Assembly (NCBI GenBank): GCA_034670305.1
Contig: JAXMNT010000028.1
Location: forward strand, 1-64,000
Direction: 5' to 3'
From: Deltaproteobacteria bacterium
Lineage (GTDB): Bacteria > Myxococcota_A > Polyangia > Polyangiales > Houyiibacteriaceae
DNA: 64,000 nt
This document shows, one piece after another, positions 39,998 to 49,324 of this stretch; the first letter of the stretch is position 1, and the number at the start of each line of letters is the position of its first letter. The position numbers were made by a program, and so were the translations under genes. Under the pieces are notes generated by a model. That model was not told the origin of the DNA, made no database searches, and saw only the letters and a program-made list of their open reading frames with translations.

Positions 39998-42243
39998 CCG
40001 AGCCGAACAGCAAGAGCTCGCTGCGGGTCTACTTCATCGAACACGCGGATGGTCGCCGGACCGGGCATTTGATGCGGCGGCTGCGGACCTTCTTCGATCC
40101 CCCGGCGCCGACCGCGTACGGAGAGACCGAAGAAGAGGTGTACGGACGCATCGAAGCCGAGCTTCAGGAGCGCATCGTCCGGGGCGATGTGATCGAGCGG
40201 TACCTCTGGAACGAACACTTCGAGACCCGGACCGTGTCGCTGGAGGTCTACCCGGTCGCGATGATCGAGCAGCAACCGGTGGTCGGCGCACGGGAACTCC
40301 CACTCCGTCTGACGTACGCGTACGCCAAGACCGAGAGCGGCGCGTACCGAGTGATGCTGCCGCGCTTCGAGTGGTGGCTGGTGCTCGAGAGCCTCGACAC
40401 CGCCAAACACGCGATCAGCCATGCGGTGGCCGCCGCGATGCTCGGCGCCGAACCGGCGTGGCTCTACGACTTCCGGCGCGAAGGCAACGAGTACGTCCGG
40501 GAGTGGGCGCCGCCCATGGTCCGCGACCGCAGCAAGAAGCCGGCGGCCCGCGCGCGCGAGGAACGACCCACGCTCGCGGCCGTCGCTGACGACTGGGTCG
40601 AACGCGCGTCGAAGGGCAAGCTGCCGAAGCCCGTCGGTGAGGCGCGCCTCAAGCCGCACTGGAACGCCTTCAAACGCACCCCCTACTCGGCGCTCCTCGT
40701 GGGCGGCCCCGGCGTGGGCAAGACCTGCGAGGTGCAACACCTCGCTCGGATCCTTCTTCAGGCCCGCCGCGCGAACGAGAAGGACGTGCCCGGCCTCTTC
40801 GCCACCCGGGCCGACCGCCTCATCTCGGGCATGATCTACGTCGGCATGTGGCAGGAGCGGATGCTGAAACTCGTGGAGGAGCTTCGCCACGAGAACGAGG
40901 TCCTCTACGTCGACCGGCTCGATGGGTTGCTCCGCCCGCAGCCCGACGGCGCGTCGCTCGCGGACATGCTCGCGCCGGCACTCGCCGCGCGCGAGATCTT
41001 CTTGATGGCGGAGTGCACCCCGGCCGAGCTGGTCGAAGCGCGCCGCTTGAACGCGTCGTTCGTCGACTTGCTCACGACCATCCACCTGCGCGAACCGCAC
41101 GCGGCTTGGATGCTCCCACACCTCACCGAGTACGCGCGCCGCGGCAAGAAGTCCTTCGAACGCCGCTCGATGAAGCGCTCGCTGGAGCTTCTGGGCGCCT
41201 ACCGCCGCGACCGGCGCTTCCCTGGCAAAGCGTTCCGGTTCATCGACGCGATCGAGCGGGACGACCAGACCCCGCGCGCCCTCTACCCGAACGACGTGGA
41301 GCAGGCGTTCTCTCGCCAGACCGGGTTGCCGATCGAACTCATCAGCGACAGCCACGCAGCGAGCGTCGAACACGTGGGCGCAGCCCTTCAGAAGTGGGTG
41401 ATCGGGCAGGACGGCGCGTGCCTGCGCGCCGCCCGCGCCATCGCGCCCTTCAAAGCCGGACTCAACCCGCCCGATCGCCCGCTGGCCAGCTTGCTCTTCG
41501 CAGGTCCGACCGGCGTCGGCAAAACCGAGCTCGCCAAGACGATGACGCGCTACCTCTTCGGCGGCACCCACCGGCTGGTGCGCATCGACATGAGCGAGCT
41601 CAATGCCCGCGGCGCCTCGCACCGGCTCCTGGCGGCGGGCCGCGGTGTGCGAAGCCTGGCCGAGTCGGTCCGCCGGGAGCCCCTGTCGGTCGTGCTCTTC
41701 GACGAGGTCGAGAAGGCCGCCAGCGACGCGTTCGACGTCTTGCTCGGCATCCTCGGAGAGGGCCGCCTGACCGACGCGCTCGGGCGGTTCGTCGACTTCC
41801 GCATGACGCTCATCGTGATGACGTCCAACCTCGGCGTGCGGGCCTCGGGACCGGTCGGGTTCGGTGGAGCCGCCACCGGTGAGGACTTCTTGCGCGCGGT
41901 ACGGGATCACTTCCGGCCAGAGTTCGTGGGCCGCATCGATCAGCTCGTGCCCTTCTCGCACCTCGAGCCCGAAGACGTCCGCAAGATCGTCGACCTGCAG
42001 CTGGCGCTCGTGGAAAAGCGCGAGGGCTTCGCTCGGAGAGGCATTCGCATCGAAGTCTCGGGCGACGCCCGCACCCGCCTGGCCGAGCTCGGCTACGACC
42101 GCCGCTTCGGCGCCCGCCCCCTCAAGCGCGTCATCGAAGCCCACGTCGTGACCCCGATCGCCGTCCGGCTCAGCGCCGATCCGAAACTCGCCAACACCAC
42201 CCTGCACATCGGCACGACCAGCGCGGCGGACGTCGTCGTCTGA
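39994..42243 (+). CDS. ClpA/B-like double AAA+ ATPase 3 (no C-terminal extension)
   Basis: GTGA overlap with gene 2; D1 GGPGVGKT; D2 GPTGVGKTE, FDEVEKA, TSNLG, FGARPLKR. Confidence 0.92.
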   Translation: MTEPNSKSSLRVYFIEHADGRRTGHLMRRLRTFFDPPAPTAYGETEEEVYGRIEAELQERIVRGDVIERYLWNEHFETRTVSLEVYPVAMIEQQPVVGARELPLRLTYAYAKTESGAYRVMLPRFEWWLVLESLDTAKHAISHAVAAAMLGAEPAWLYDFRREGNEYVREWAPPMVRDRSKKPAARAREERPTLAAVADDWVERASKGKLPKPVGEARLKPHWNAFKRTPYSALLVGGPGVGKTCEVQHLARILLQARRANEKDVPGLFATRADRLISGMIYVGMWQERMLKLVEELRHENEVLYVDRLDGLLRPQPDGASLADMLAPALAAREIFLMAECTPAELVEARRLNASFVDLLTTIHLREPHAAWMLPHLTEYARRGKKSFERRSMKRSLELLGAYRRDRRFPGKAFRFIDAIERDDQTPRALYPNDVEQAFSRQTGLPIELISDSHAASVEHVGAALQKWVIGQDGACLRAARAIAPFKAGLNPPDRPLASLLFAGPTGVGKTELAKTMTRYLFGGTHRLVRIDMSELNARGASHRLLAAGRGVRSLAESVRREPLSVVLFDEVEKAASDAFDVLLGILGEGRLTDALGRFVDFRMTLIVMTSNLGVRASGPVGFGGAATGEDFLRAVRDHFRPEFVGRIDQLVPFSHLEPEDVRKIVDLQLALVEKREGFARRGIRIEVSGDARTRLAELGYDRRFGARPLKRVIEAHVVTPIAVRLSADPKLANTTLHIGTTSAADVVV

Positions 42244-42333
42244 CGCTCGCATGCACCCAGCGAGGGCCTCGTGTCGTGACCCGGGGTGAGGGTCGGATGT
42301 CGCCGCGCGATCCGATGTGGTAGACGCCCGCGC

Positions 42334-43440
42334 ATGGAACTCGTGCGCCCGGCCCTCTCCCGCGATCCCCTCAGTGGCGACACCGACTGGTTCGCCGTCG
42401 AGTACGACCCCGAGACCCGCGAGGTCGTCATGCTCGAGCAGCGCGCCCTCCCGAGCGAGGTGAACTACCACCGCTACCGGACGGTCGACGAGATCGCCGA
42501 TTCCATCCGGGACATGGTGGTGCGCGGCGCCCCGGCGATCGGGATCGCGGCGGCCTACGGGCTCGTGCTGCTCGCTGGAAAAGAGAAGGGAGACGCACCG
42601 ACCTTCCTCATGGCGAACGGGGTCGCGGGCAAACACCTCAACGCGACGCGTCCGACCGCCGTGAACCTGGCCTGGGCCATCGCCCGCATGTCCCGCAAAG
42701 CCGCGGACGTGGCCGCGCTCGATCCCGACGCGCGCTACGCGGCGATGCTGGAAGAGGCCGAGAACATCCACCGCGAAGACGTCGCCTCGTGCCGCGCGAT
42801 GGGGGCCCTGGGCGCCGCCGATGTCCCTGAGGGCGCGACCATCCTCACCCACTGCAACGCGGGGGCGCTGGCGACCGGTGGCTACGGCACCGCGCTCGGC
42901 GTCATTCGCGCCGCCCACGAGGCGGGCAAGAAGATCCGCGTGCTGGCCGACGAGACCAGGCCCTACCTGCAAGGTGCGCGGCTCACCGCGTGGGAACTCT
43001 TCGCGGACGACATCCCCGTTGAAGTCATCACCGACAACATGGCCGGGCACTTCTTCCAGAAAGGCGAGATCGACTTCGTCGTGGTCGGCTCCGACCGCAT
43101 CGCCGCCAACGGAGACGTCGCCAACAAGATCGGCACCTACAGCGTGGCCGTGCTCGCCCGCGCCCACGAGGTCCCCTTCACCGTCGCCGCGCCCTGGAGC
43201 ACGATCGATCTCTCGATGCCCACCGGCGAAGGCATCCCCATCGAACAGCGCAGCCGCGAAGAGGTCGCGGTGGTGGGTCAGCGCACCCTCGTCGCCGATG
43301 GCATCCCCTGCCGACACCCTGCGTTCGATGTGACCCCGGCCCGGCTGGTCGACGCGATCTACACGGAACGCGGCGTCATCCGCCCAGCCAAGGGCGAGTC
43401 GCCCGCCTCCGTGATCGCAGAGAAGAAGGCGCAGGGATGA
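42334..43440 (+). CDS. mtnA: S-methyl-5-thioribose-1-phosphate isomerase
   Basis: [51 protein letters not shown]. Confidence 0.96.
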   Translation: MELVRPALSRDPLSGDTDWFAVEYDPETREVVMLEQRALPSEVNYHRYRTVDEIADSIRDMVVRGAPAIGIAAAYGLVLLAGKEKGDAPTFLMANGVAGKHLNATRPTAVNLAWAIARMSRKAADVAALDPDARYAAMLEEAENIHREDVASCRAMGALGAADVPEGATILTHCNAGALATGGYGTALGVIRAAHEAGKKIRVLADETRPYLQGARLTAWELFADDIPVEVITDNMAGHFFQKGEIDFVVVGSDRIAANGDVANKIGTYSVAVLARAHEVPFTVAAPWSTIDLSMPTGEGIPIEQRSREEVAVVGQRTLVADGIPCRHPAFDVTPARLVDAIYTERGVIRPAKGESPASVIAEKKAQG

Positions 43441-43961
43441 AGCTGACCGAAGCGGAGGTCCGCCACATCGCGCAGCTCGCCCGCATCCAACTCGACGACG
43501 AAGAGATCGCCCGCACCGCATCCGAACTCACCGCCATCCTCACCCACGTCGCCGAGCTCGACCGCTTCCAAGAAGGCGCAGCTTCGCAGTCGGATTCGGC
43601 AACGGATTCGGCATCGGCTCCAGCATCGGCTTCAGATTCGGCATCGGATTCGGCATCGGCTTCGGCTTCGGCATCGACTTCGGATTCGGATTCGGATTCG
43701 GCATCGGCTGCGGCGTCGGCGTCGGCTTCGGCATCGGAATCGGCTTCGGATTCGGCTTCGGATTCGGCTTCGGCTTCGGATTCGGCGTCGGATTCGGCAT
43801 CGGATTCGGCTTCGGCGTCGGCTTCGGCTTCGGCTTCGGATTCGGCATCGGCATCGGCATCGGCTCCGGCTCCCCCAGCAGACCCCGCCGCCCTCACCGC
43901 CGCCGCGCCCGCGTTCGTCTCCGACGGCTTCCTCTTCCCACGCGCGGTGAAATCGAAATGA
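43437..43961 (+). CDS. gatC: Asp/Glu-tRNA amidotransferase subunit C with internal Ser-rich repeat insertion
   Basis: [12 protein letters not shown]-terminus; AP…DGFLFPR C-terminus; directly upstream of gatA. Confidence 0.85.
   Translation: MKLTEAEVRHIAQLARIQLDDEEIARTASELTAILTHVAELDRFQEGAASQSDSATDSASAPASASDSASDSASASASASTSDSDSDSASAAASASASASESASDSASDSASASDSASDSASDSASASASASASDSASASASAPAPPADPAALTAAAPAFVSDGFLFPRAVKSK
43588..43870. repeat. TCGGCN/TCGGAT hexamer tract in frame within gatC
   Basis: Encodes about 94 aa of (SA/SD)n. Confidence 0.93.
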
Positions 43962-45325
43962 CCGACGCCATGACGGCGGCCGAGATCGTCGAAGAAGCCC
44001 AGACCGGCGACCCGTTGCGTTTCGCGATCGCCGCCCACGCGCGTCTGTCGAACACAGACACCCACCACACCACGCTCCAGATTCTCGAGCCCGAGCAGCC
44101 GCCCGCACCCGGCCCGCTGACCGGCGTCGCGATCGCGCTCAAGGACAACATCTGCCAACGCGGCACCCGCACGACCTGCGCGTCGCGCTTGCTCGAACAC
44201 TGGGAAGCCCCCTACGACGCGACCGTCGCCAAGCGGCTGCGAGACGCCGGCGCGTTGCTGGTCGCCAAGACCAACATGGACGAGTTCGGCATGGGCTCTT
44301 CCACCGAGAACAGCGCGTTCGGTCCCACGACCCACCCGCTCGACGCCACTCGAGTGCCCGGCGGATCGAGCGGGGGCTCCGCCGCAATCGTCGCCGCCGC
44401 GCTCGTCCCGATCGCGCTCGGCAGCGACACTGGCGGGTCGGTGCGCCAGCCCGCGGCGTTCTGTGGCGTGTTCGGCCTCAAACCCACCTACGGGGCGGTG
44501 TCGCGCTTCGGGCTCGTCGCCTTCGGTTCCAGCCTCGACCAGATTGGGCCGCTCGCCACGACCTCGCGCGATTGCGCGCGCACCTTCGACGTGATCGCCG
44601 GACACGACCCGGCCGACGCAACATCCGCCAAGCACGCCCACGCTTCCACCGAACAAGCGTGCGGGCGCTCGGTCGTCGGTGAGCGGATCGGTGTGCCGCG
44701 CGCGCTCCTCGAAGGCGCGAGCGACGAAGTCCTTCGCGCGTTCGACGAGGGCCTGTCCGAGCTCCGGGAGGCCGGCGCCGAGGTGGTCGACATCGAGCTG
44801 CCGAACGCCGCGCTCTCGGTCAGCGCCTACTACGTTCTCGCCACCGCGGAGGCGTCGAGCAACCTCGCGCGCTTCGACGGCGGCCGGTACGGCCTGCGGG
44901 TCGACGCGCCCGATCTGCAGTCGATGTACGAACGCACACGCGCGTGTTTCGGAGCCGAGGTGAAGCGGCGCATCTTGCTCGGCACCTTCGCGCTCTCGGC
45001 CGGCTACCACGACCGGTTCTACGCCAAAGCGCAGGCGGTGCGACACGCGATCGCGGCCGACTTCGCGACGGCTTTCGCAGCGGGCTGCACCGCCGTCGCC
45101 ACGCCCACGACACCCACGGTCGCGTTCGAACTGGGCAGCTACGAGGGCGACCCACTCGCGATGTACCTCTCGGACCTCTACACCCTGCCCGCGAGCCTTG
45201 CCGGACTACCCGCCTTGAGCGCGCCCTTGCGCCGACCCCGCGGCGCGCTCCCCGCCGGGTTGCAGCTCGTTGCGCCGGCGTTTCAGGAAGCGACGCTCTT
45301 CGCACTCGGGTCGGTGTTCGGATGA
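43958..45325 (+). CDS. gatA: Asp/Glu-tRNA amidotransferase subunit A
   Basis: ALKDN, KTNMDEFGMGSSTENS, PGGSSGGS, GSDTGGSVRQPA, EVKRRILLGT. Confidence 0.95.
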   Translation: MTDAMTAAEIVEEAQTGDPLRFAIAAHARLSNTDTHHTTLQILEPEQPPAPGPLTGVAIALKDNICQRGTRTTCASRLLEHWEAPYDATVAKRLRDAGALLVAKTNMDEFGMGSSTENSAFGPTTHPLDATRVPGGSSGGSAAIVAAALVPIALGSDTGGSVRQPAAFCGVFGLKPTYGAVSRFGLVAFGSSLDQIGPLATTSRDCARTFDVIAGHDPADATSAKHAHASTEQACGRSVVGERIGVPRALLEGASDEVLRAFDEGLSELREAGAEVVDIELPNAALSVSAYYVLATAEASSNLARFDGGRYGLRVDAPDLQSMYERTRACFGAEVKRRILLGTFALSAGYHDRFYAKAQAVRHAIAADFATAFAAGCTAVATPTTPTVAFELGSYEGDPLAMYLSDLYTLPASLAGLPALSAPLRRPRGALPAGLQLVAPAFQEATLFALGSVFG

Positions 45326-46761
45326 CCGAGTTCGAAACCGTCATCGGACTCGAAGTCCACGCGCAACTCCGCACGGGCCGCAAACTCTTCTGCCGGTGCG
45401 CCACCTCGTTCGGCGCGCCGCCCAACACGCAGATCTGTCCGGTGTGTCTCGGACTGCCCGGCGCGCTCCCGGTGGTGGATCCAGCCGCGGTGGACCTCGC
45501 GATCGCGGCTGGGCTCGCGCTCGATTGCGAGGTGCGCGCCCGGAGCGTGTTCGCGCGCAAGAGCTACTTCTATCCGGACCTCGCCAAGGGCTACCAGATC
45601 ACGCAGTTCGAGCGCCCCTTGCTCGAACGGGGGCACCTCCAAATCGGTGACCAGCGCACGCGCATTCTGCGCATCCACATGGAGGAGGACGCCGCGAAGA
45701 GTGGCCACTCGTCCGCGGGGACGGTGGTGGACTTCAACCGCGCGGGCGTCGCGTTGATCGAGATCGTCTCCGAACCGGATCTCAGGTCCGCCGAAGATGC
45801 CGAAGCGTACCTGCGCGCCCTGCGCGAGATCTTGCTCCACGTCGGCGCATGCGACGGCAACCTGGAAGAAGGGTCCTTCCGCTGCGACGCCAACGTTTCG
45901 GTGCGGCCCGCGGGGGATCCAGTGCTCGGGACCCGCGTCGAGCTCAAGAACATCAACTCGTTCCGATTCGTCCGACTCGCGATCGACAACGAAGCGGCGC
46001 GCCAGCGCGCCATCGTCTCGAGCGGCGGCACGGTCGTGCAGCAGACCCGCAGCTGGGACGAGGCGAAGCAGTCCACGTTCTTGATGCGCACCAAAGAAGA
46101 AGCGGAGGACTACCGCTACTTCCCCGATCCGGATCTGCCGACGCTCGTCGTCTCGCAGGGCCGCATCCGCGCCATCGAATCGACGCTGCCCGAGCGTCCT
46201 GCGGCGCGCCGCCTCCGCTGGCAGGCCACCTACGGCGTCTTGCCCGAACAATCCGAACCGCTCGGCGCCCATCCCCAGGTGGCGAACTACGTCGACGAGG
46301 TCGTGTCCAAGGTGCTCGAGTCCACCGAAGACAACCACGCCGACGCGGGCCGAAGGGTGCTGCTCTTCTTGCTCGGCGAGGTGCTTCGACACATCCCACT
46401 CGACGGGGTTCACGCGCGCTTCGCGGTGGACGCTGAGCGCCTGAGCGAGCTGCTCGTGCTGGTCGAGCGAGGCACCATTCACGTCGGCGTCGCCAAGGAC
46501 GTGTTTCAGCGACTCCTCGAGACCGACGCGCGGCCAGCAGACATCGTCGAAGCCGAAGGTCTCGCACAGCTCACGGACGCGAACGCCATCGCGGACGTCG
46601 TCGCGAAGATCGTCGCCGATCATCCCGCGCAGCTGGCGCAATACCGGGCGGGCAAGACCAAGGTGTTCGGCTTCTTCGTCGGCCAGGTGATGAAGGCCAC
46701 CCGCGGGCGGGCAAACCCGGCCCAGGTGCAGGCCGCGGTGCGCGCCGCGCTCGACTCATAG
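45322..46761 (+). CDS. gatB: Asp/Glu-tRNA amidotransferase subunit B
   Basis: VIGLEVHAQL, CPVCLGLPG, YFYPDL, RCDANVS, DYRYFPDPDL, FFVGQVMK. Confidence 0.97.
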   Translation: MTEFETVIGLEVHAQLRTGRKLFCRCATSFGAPPNTQICPVCLGLPGALPVVDPAAVDLAIAAGLALDCEVRARSVFARKSYFYPDLAKGYQITQFERPLLERGHLQIGDQRTRILRIHMEEDAAKSGHSSAGTVVDFNRAGVALIEIVSEPDLRSAEDAEAYLRALREILLHVGACDGNLEEGSFRCDANVSVRPAGDPVLGTRVELKNINSFRFVRLAIDNEAARQRAIVSSGGTVVQQTRSWDEAKQSTFLMRTKEEAEDYRYFPDPDLPTLVVSQGRIRAIESTLPERPAARRLRWQATYGVLPEQSEPLGAHPQVANYVDEVVSKVLESTEDNHADAGRRVLLFLLGEVLRHIPLDGVHARFAVDAERLSELLVLVERGTIHVGVAKDVFQRLLETDARPADIVEAEGLAQLTDANAIADVVAKIVADHPAQLAQYRAGKTKVFGFFVGQVMKATRGRANPAQVQAAVRAALDS

Positions 46762-46844
46762 TCGCGCATCTCCGGGCGCGGCGTCGCGCGCTCAGAAACA
46801 GAAGCTCGACGCGTGGTCGCGCATCTCCGCTTCGTCGGGTGCGC

Positions 46845-47999
46845 TCAGAAGCAGAAGCCGACGCAGGAGCCGCCGGGGAAACAAGCGCAGGGTCCAGCGG
46901 GCGCACACGCGCTCGACGACCCGCACATGCAGTTCCCAGACGTGCACCGATCGGTCGAGTCGCCGTCGCACGCGCGGCCACACGCGCCGCAGTGGTCGAA
47001 GTTGTTGGTGGTGTTGGTGCAGAGCGTGCCGCAGCACGCCTCAGACGCCGCGCAGGTTCGACCGCACGCGCCGCAGTGCTCGACGTTGTTCTCGACCGTC
47101 ACACAGCTTCCCCCGCAGCAGCGCTGCGTGCCCAGGCATGCGACGCCTGCGCCGCACCGGCAGACGCCAGCCACGCAACTCTCGCCCGCCGCACAGGCAG
47201 GCTCGCAAGGAACGTCGGTGGTGCACGTGCCCGCCAAGCAGACCTCTTCGCCGCTGCAGGTCACGCCGCATGCCCCGCAGTTCGCGGAGTCGGCGGACGT
47301 ATCGAGGCACGCGCCGTCGCAGCAAGACTGTCCGGTGGTGCATGCCGCGCCCGCGCCGCACATGCAGGTGCGCGTGGTGGCTTCACAGGTCTCGCCATCG
47401 GCGCACGCAGGGTCGCAGGGAGGAATCACGCACGCGCCGGCCTCGCACACCTGACCCACCTCGCAGGCGCGCCCGCAGGTGCCGCAGTTGAGCGCGTCGG
47501 TCATGATCTCTTGGCAGCCGTCTTCGCAGCAGACGCTTCCGTCCACGCACTGAGGATCTTCGCCGCAGCGGCACTGGCCCGAAGCGCAGGTCGTGCCGCG
47601 CGTGCCGCACATGCGACCGCACGCGCCACAGTGAACCGGGTCCGTCGGCAAGCTCGCGCACACGCCATCGCAACACGACTGGCCACTCGGACACGGCGTG
47701 TCCGGTCCGCATCCCGGATCGACACACGTGCCGAGCCGACAGATCTGTTCGCCCACACAGTCGGGCACACACGCGAAGCCGGTGTCGGCCGCGTCCACAC
47801 CCGGGACATCTTCGGGCACACCCATGTCGGGGGTGCCTGTGTCGGTGCGCGCGGCGTCGACGCGGGTTCCGCTGTCTTCGCGAATGGTGCCGGACGCACA
47901 GCCAAGCGCGAACAGCCCAGTGGCCAGGACCCCCACGACCCCCAGAAAAGAGGCCGAAGCCAGCGCAGTGGAAGGTGGGCGAGTGGAAAGAGAAGTCAT
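46845..47999 (-). CDS. Cys-rich repeat lipoprotein (myxobacterial DxxNCGxCGxxC repeats)
   Basis: Lipobox FALGC; repeated HCGACG/NCGTCG units. Confidence 0.88.
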   Translation of the reverse strand: MTSLSTRPPSTALASASFLGVVGVLATGLFALGCASGTIREDSGTRVDAARTDTGTPDMGVPEDVPGVDAADTGFACVPDCVGEQICRLGTCVDPGCGPDTPCPSGQSCCDGVCASLPTDPVHCGACGRMCGTRGTTCASGQCRCGEDPQCVDGSVCCEDGCQEIMTDALNCGTCGRACEVGQVCEAGACVIPPCDPACADGETCEATTRTCMCGAGAACTTGQSCCDGACLDTSADSANCGACGVTCSGEEVCLAGTCTTDVPCEPACAAGESCVAGVCRCGAGVACLGTQRCCGGSCVTVENNVEHCGACGRTCAASEACCGTLCTNTTNNFDHCGACGRACDGDSTDRCTSGNCMCGSSSACAPAGPCACFPGGSCVGFCF

Positions 48000-48163
48000 G
48001 GCGTCCGAAGTGTGCAGGAAGGGTACGGGGCGCGCCTGTCAGTTGCTGCGACATTCCGCACGAACCTCATGTTTCTGAGATGCTCCGGAGCGCGAACGCT
48101 GCTCACCCGGCATTGACGTGTGGGTGAAACCCCGGCATCTTCCGTTCTAGGTAAACCTTTCCA

Positions 48164-49198
48164 GTGACCGATTCCGACGACGAGGCGCTCCGAGAGGGCG
48201 CAGCGCACGACATCCGCAACGTGCTCGCGACCATCGCGGGCTGGGCGGACCTCGCTCGCGCGAAGCAAGTCCCGATCGAAGAAGCGTTGGCCGCGATCCA
48301 AGCCGCCGCCCTCACGGGCCAGCGCACCGCCGACGTGCTGATGGGTGCGGCCACCGACGAGCCGGACGTCTGCGACCTCGGAGCGGTGGCGGAGGACGTC
48401 GTTCGGCTGCTCGGTCCCACCGCCCGCGCCAAGAAGGTGCAGCTCCAAGTCCGTTCCACGTTTGGTCCCGTCTACGCTGCGCTTGGCCGCACCGACGCGA
48501 CCCGCATCGCGTGGAACCTGGCGCTCAATGCGATTCAGGTCCTCCGAACCGGCGAGCAGGTCACTCTGGTGGTCGAAAGCACCTCGCAGACGGGTTCGCT
48601 CCGGGTCGAGGACAACGGACCGGGCATGGACCGGCAGACCCAGGCCCGCGTTCTGCAGCACCGCCAGAGCGAACGCCCCGGCGGTCGCGGCATCGGCCTC
48701 TCGGCGGTGCGCCAACTGGTCAAGGCAGCGGGCGGCACGGTGAGTCTGGACTCTGCGCCTGGACGTGGGACCTCGTTTCGCATCGACCTCCCACTCGGAA
48801 CGCCCGCGCGTCGAAGCTCGGCGAGCGGCGTGACCCGCGCGGTGCAATCGGTGCTCGTCGTCGAGGACGACGCCGGTGTGCGCGAGCTCGTGTGCACCAC
48901 CCTCGCGCTTCGCGACCTCAACGTCGTCGCGGTGGGTTCGGCTTCGGAAGCCGCCAAGATGGAAGGTTCGTTCGACGTCGCCCTCGTCGATCTCACCCTC
49001 GGAGACGGCTCGGGCGACGACGTGATCGCCGACCTTCGTGCCCGGCGGGTCGCGCAACGATGCGTGCTGATGAGTGGCATGCCGTCGAGCCCGACGCCGA
49101 CCTTAGACGGCCGGCCGGATCACTGGCTCCGAAAGCCATTCGACTCCCGCCAACTGTTGGACGCCCTGGGCGTGGCCGCGGTCGAAGCCGCCGTCTGA
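48164..49198 (+). CDS. Hybrid histidine kinase-response regulator without sensor domain
   Basis: H-box AHDIRNVL, N-box NLALNA, DNGPG, GIGL; receiver VLVVEDD…VD…RKPF. Confidence 0.88.
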   Translation: MTDSDDEALREGAAHDIRNVLATIAGWADLARAKQVPIEEALAAIQAAALTGQRTADVLMGAATDEPDVCDLGAVAEDVVRLLGPTARAKKVQLQVRSTFGPVYAALGRTDATRIAWNLALNAIQVLRTGEQVTLVVESTSQTGSLRVEDNGPGMDRQTQARVLQHRQSERPGGRGIGLSAVRQLVKAAGGTVSLDSAPGRGTSFRIDLPLGTPARRSSASGVTRAVQSVLVVEDDAGVRELVCTTLALRDLNVVAVGSASEAAKMEGSFDVALVDLTLGDGSGDDVIADLRARRVAQRCVLMSGMPSSPTPTLDGRPDHWLRKPFDSRQLLDALGVAAVEAAV

Positions 49199-49222
49199 CC
49201 TCTCCGCCGTGCGCCCCCGAAC

Positions 49223-49243
49223 TTCCGGGGTGGTCCCCCGGAA
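49223..49243 (+). terminator. GC-rich hairpin TTCCGGGG-tggtc-CCCCGGAA
   Basis: Perfect 8-bp stem just downstream of the hybrid kinase; no clear U-tract. Confidence 0.4.
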
Positions 49244-49324
49244 ACGACCTGGTATCGTCGAACCCGTGCACTGCGACTCCCACAGCCAGCACTGCGATTC
49301 CCGAAGCCAGCACCGCTGCATCCC

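Noticed and set aside
33141-42243. ClpV of a type VI secretion system, or ordinary clpA/clpB
   Set aside because: No T6SS genes adjacent; no Clp_N or M-domain; GYVG pore loop absent
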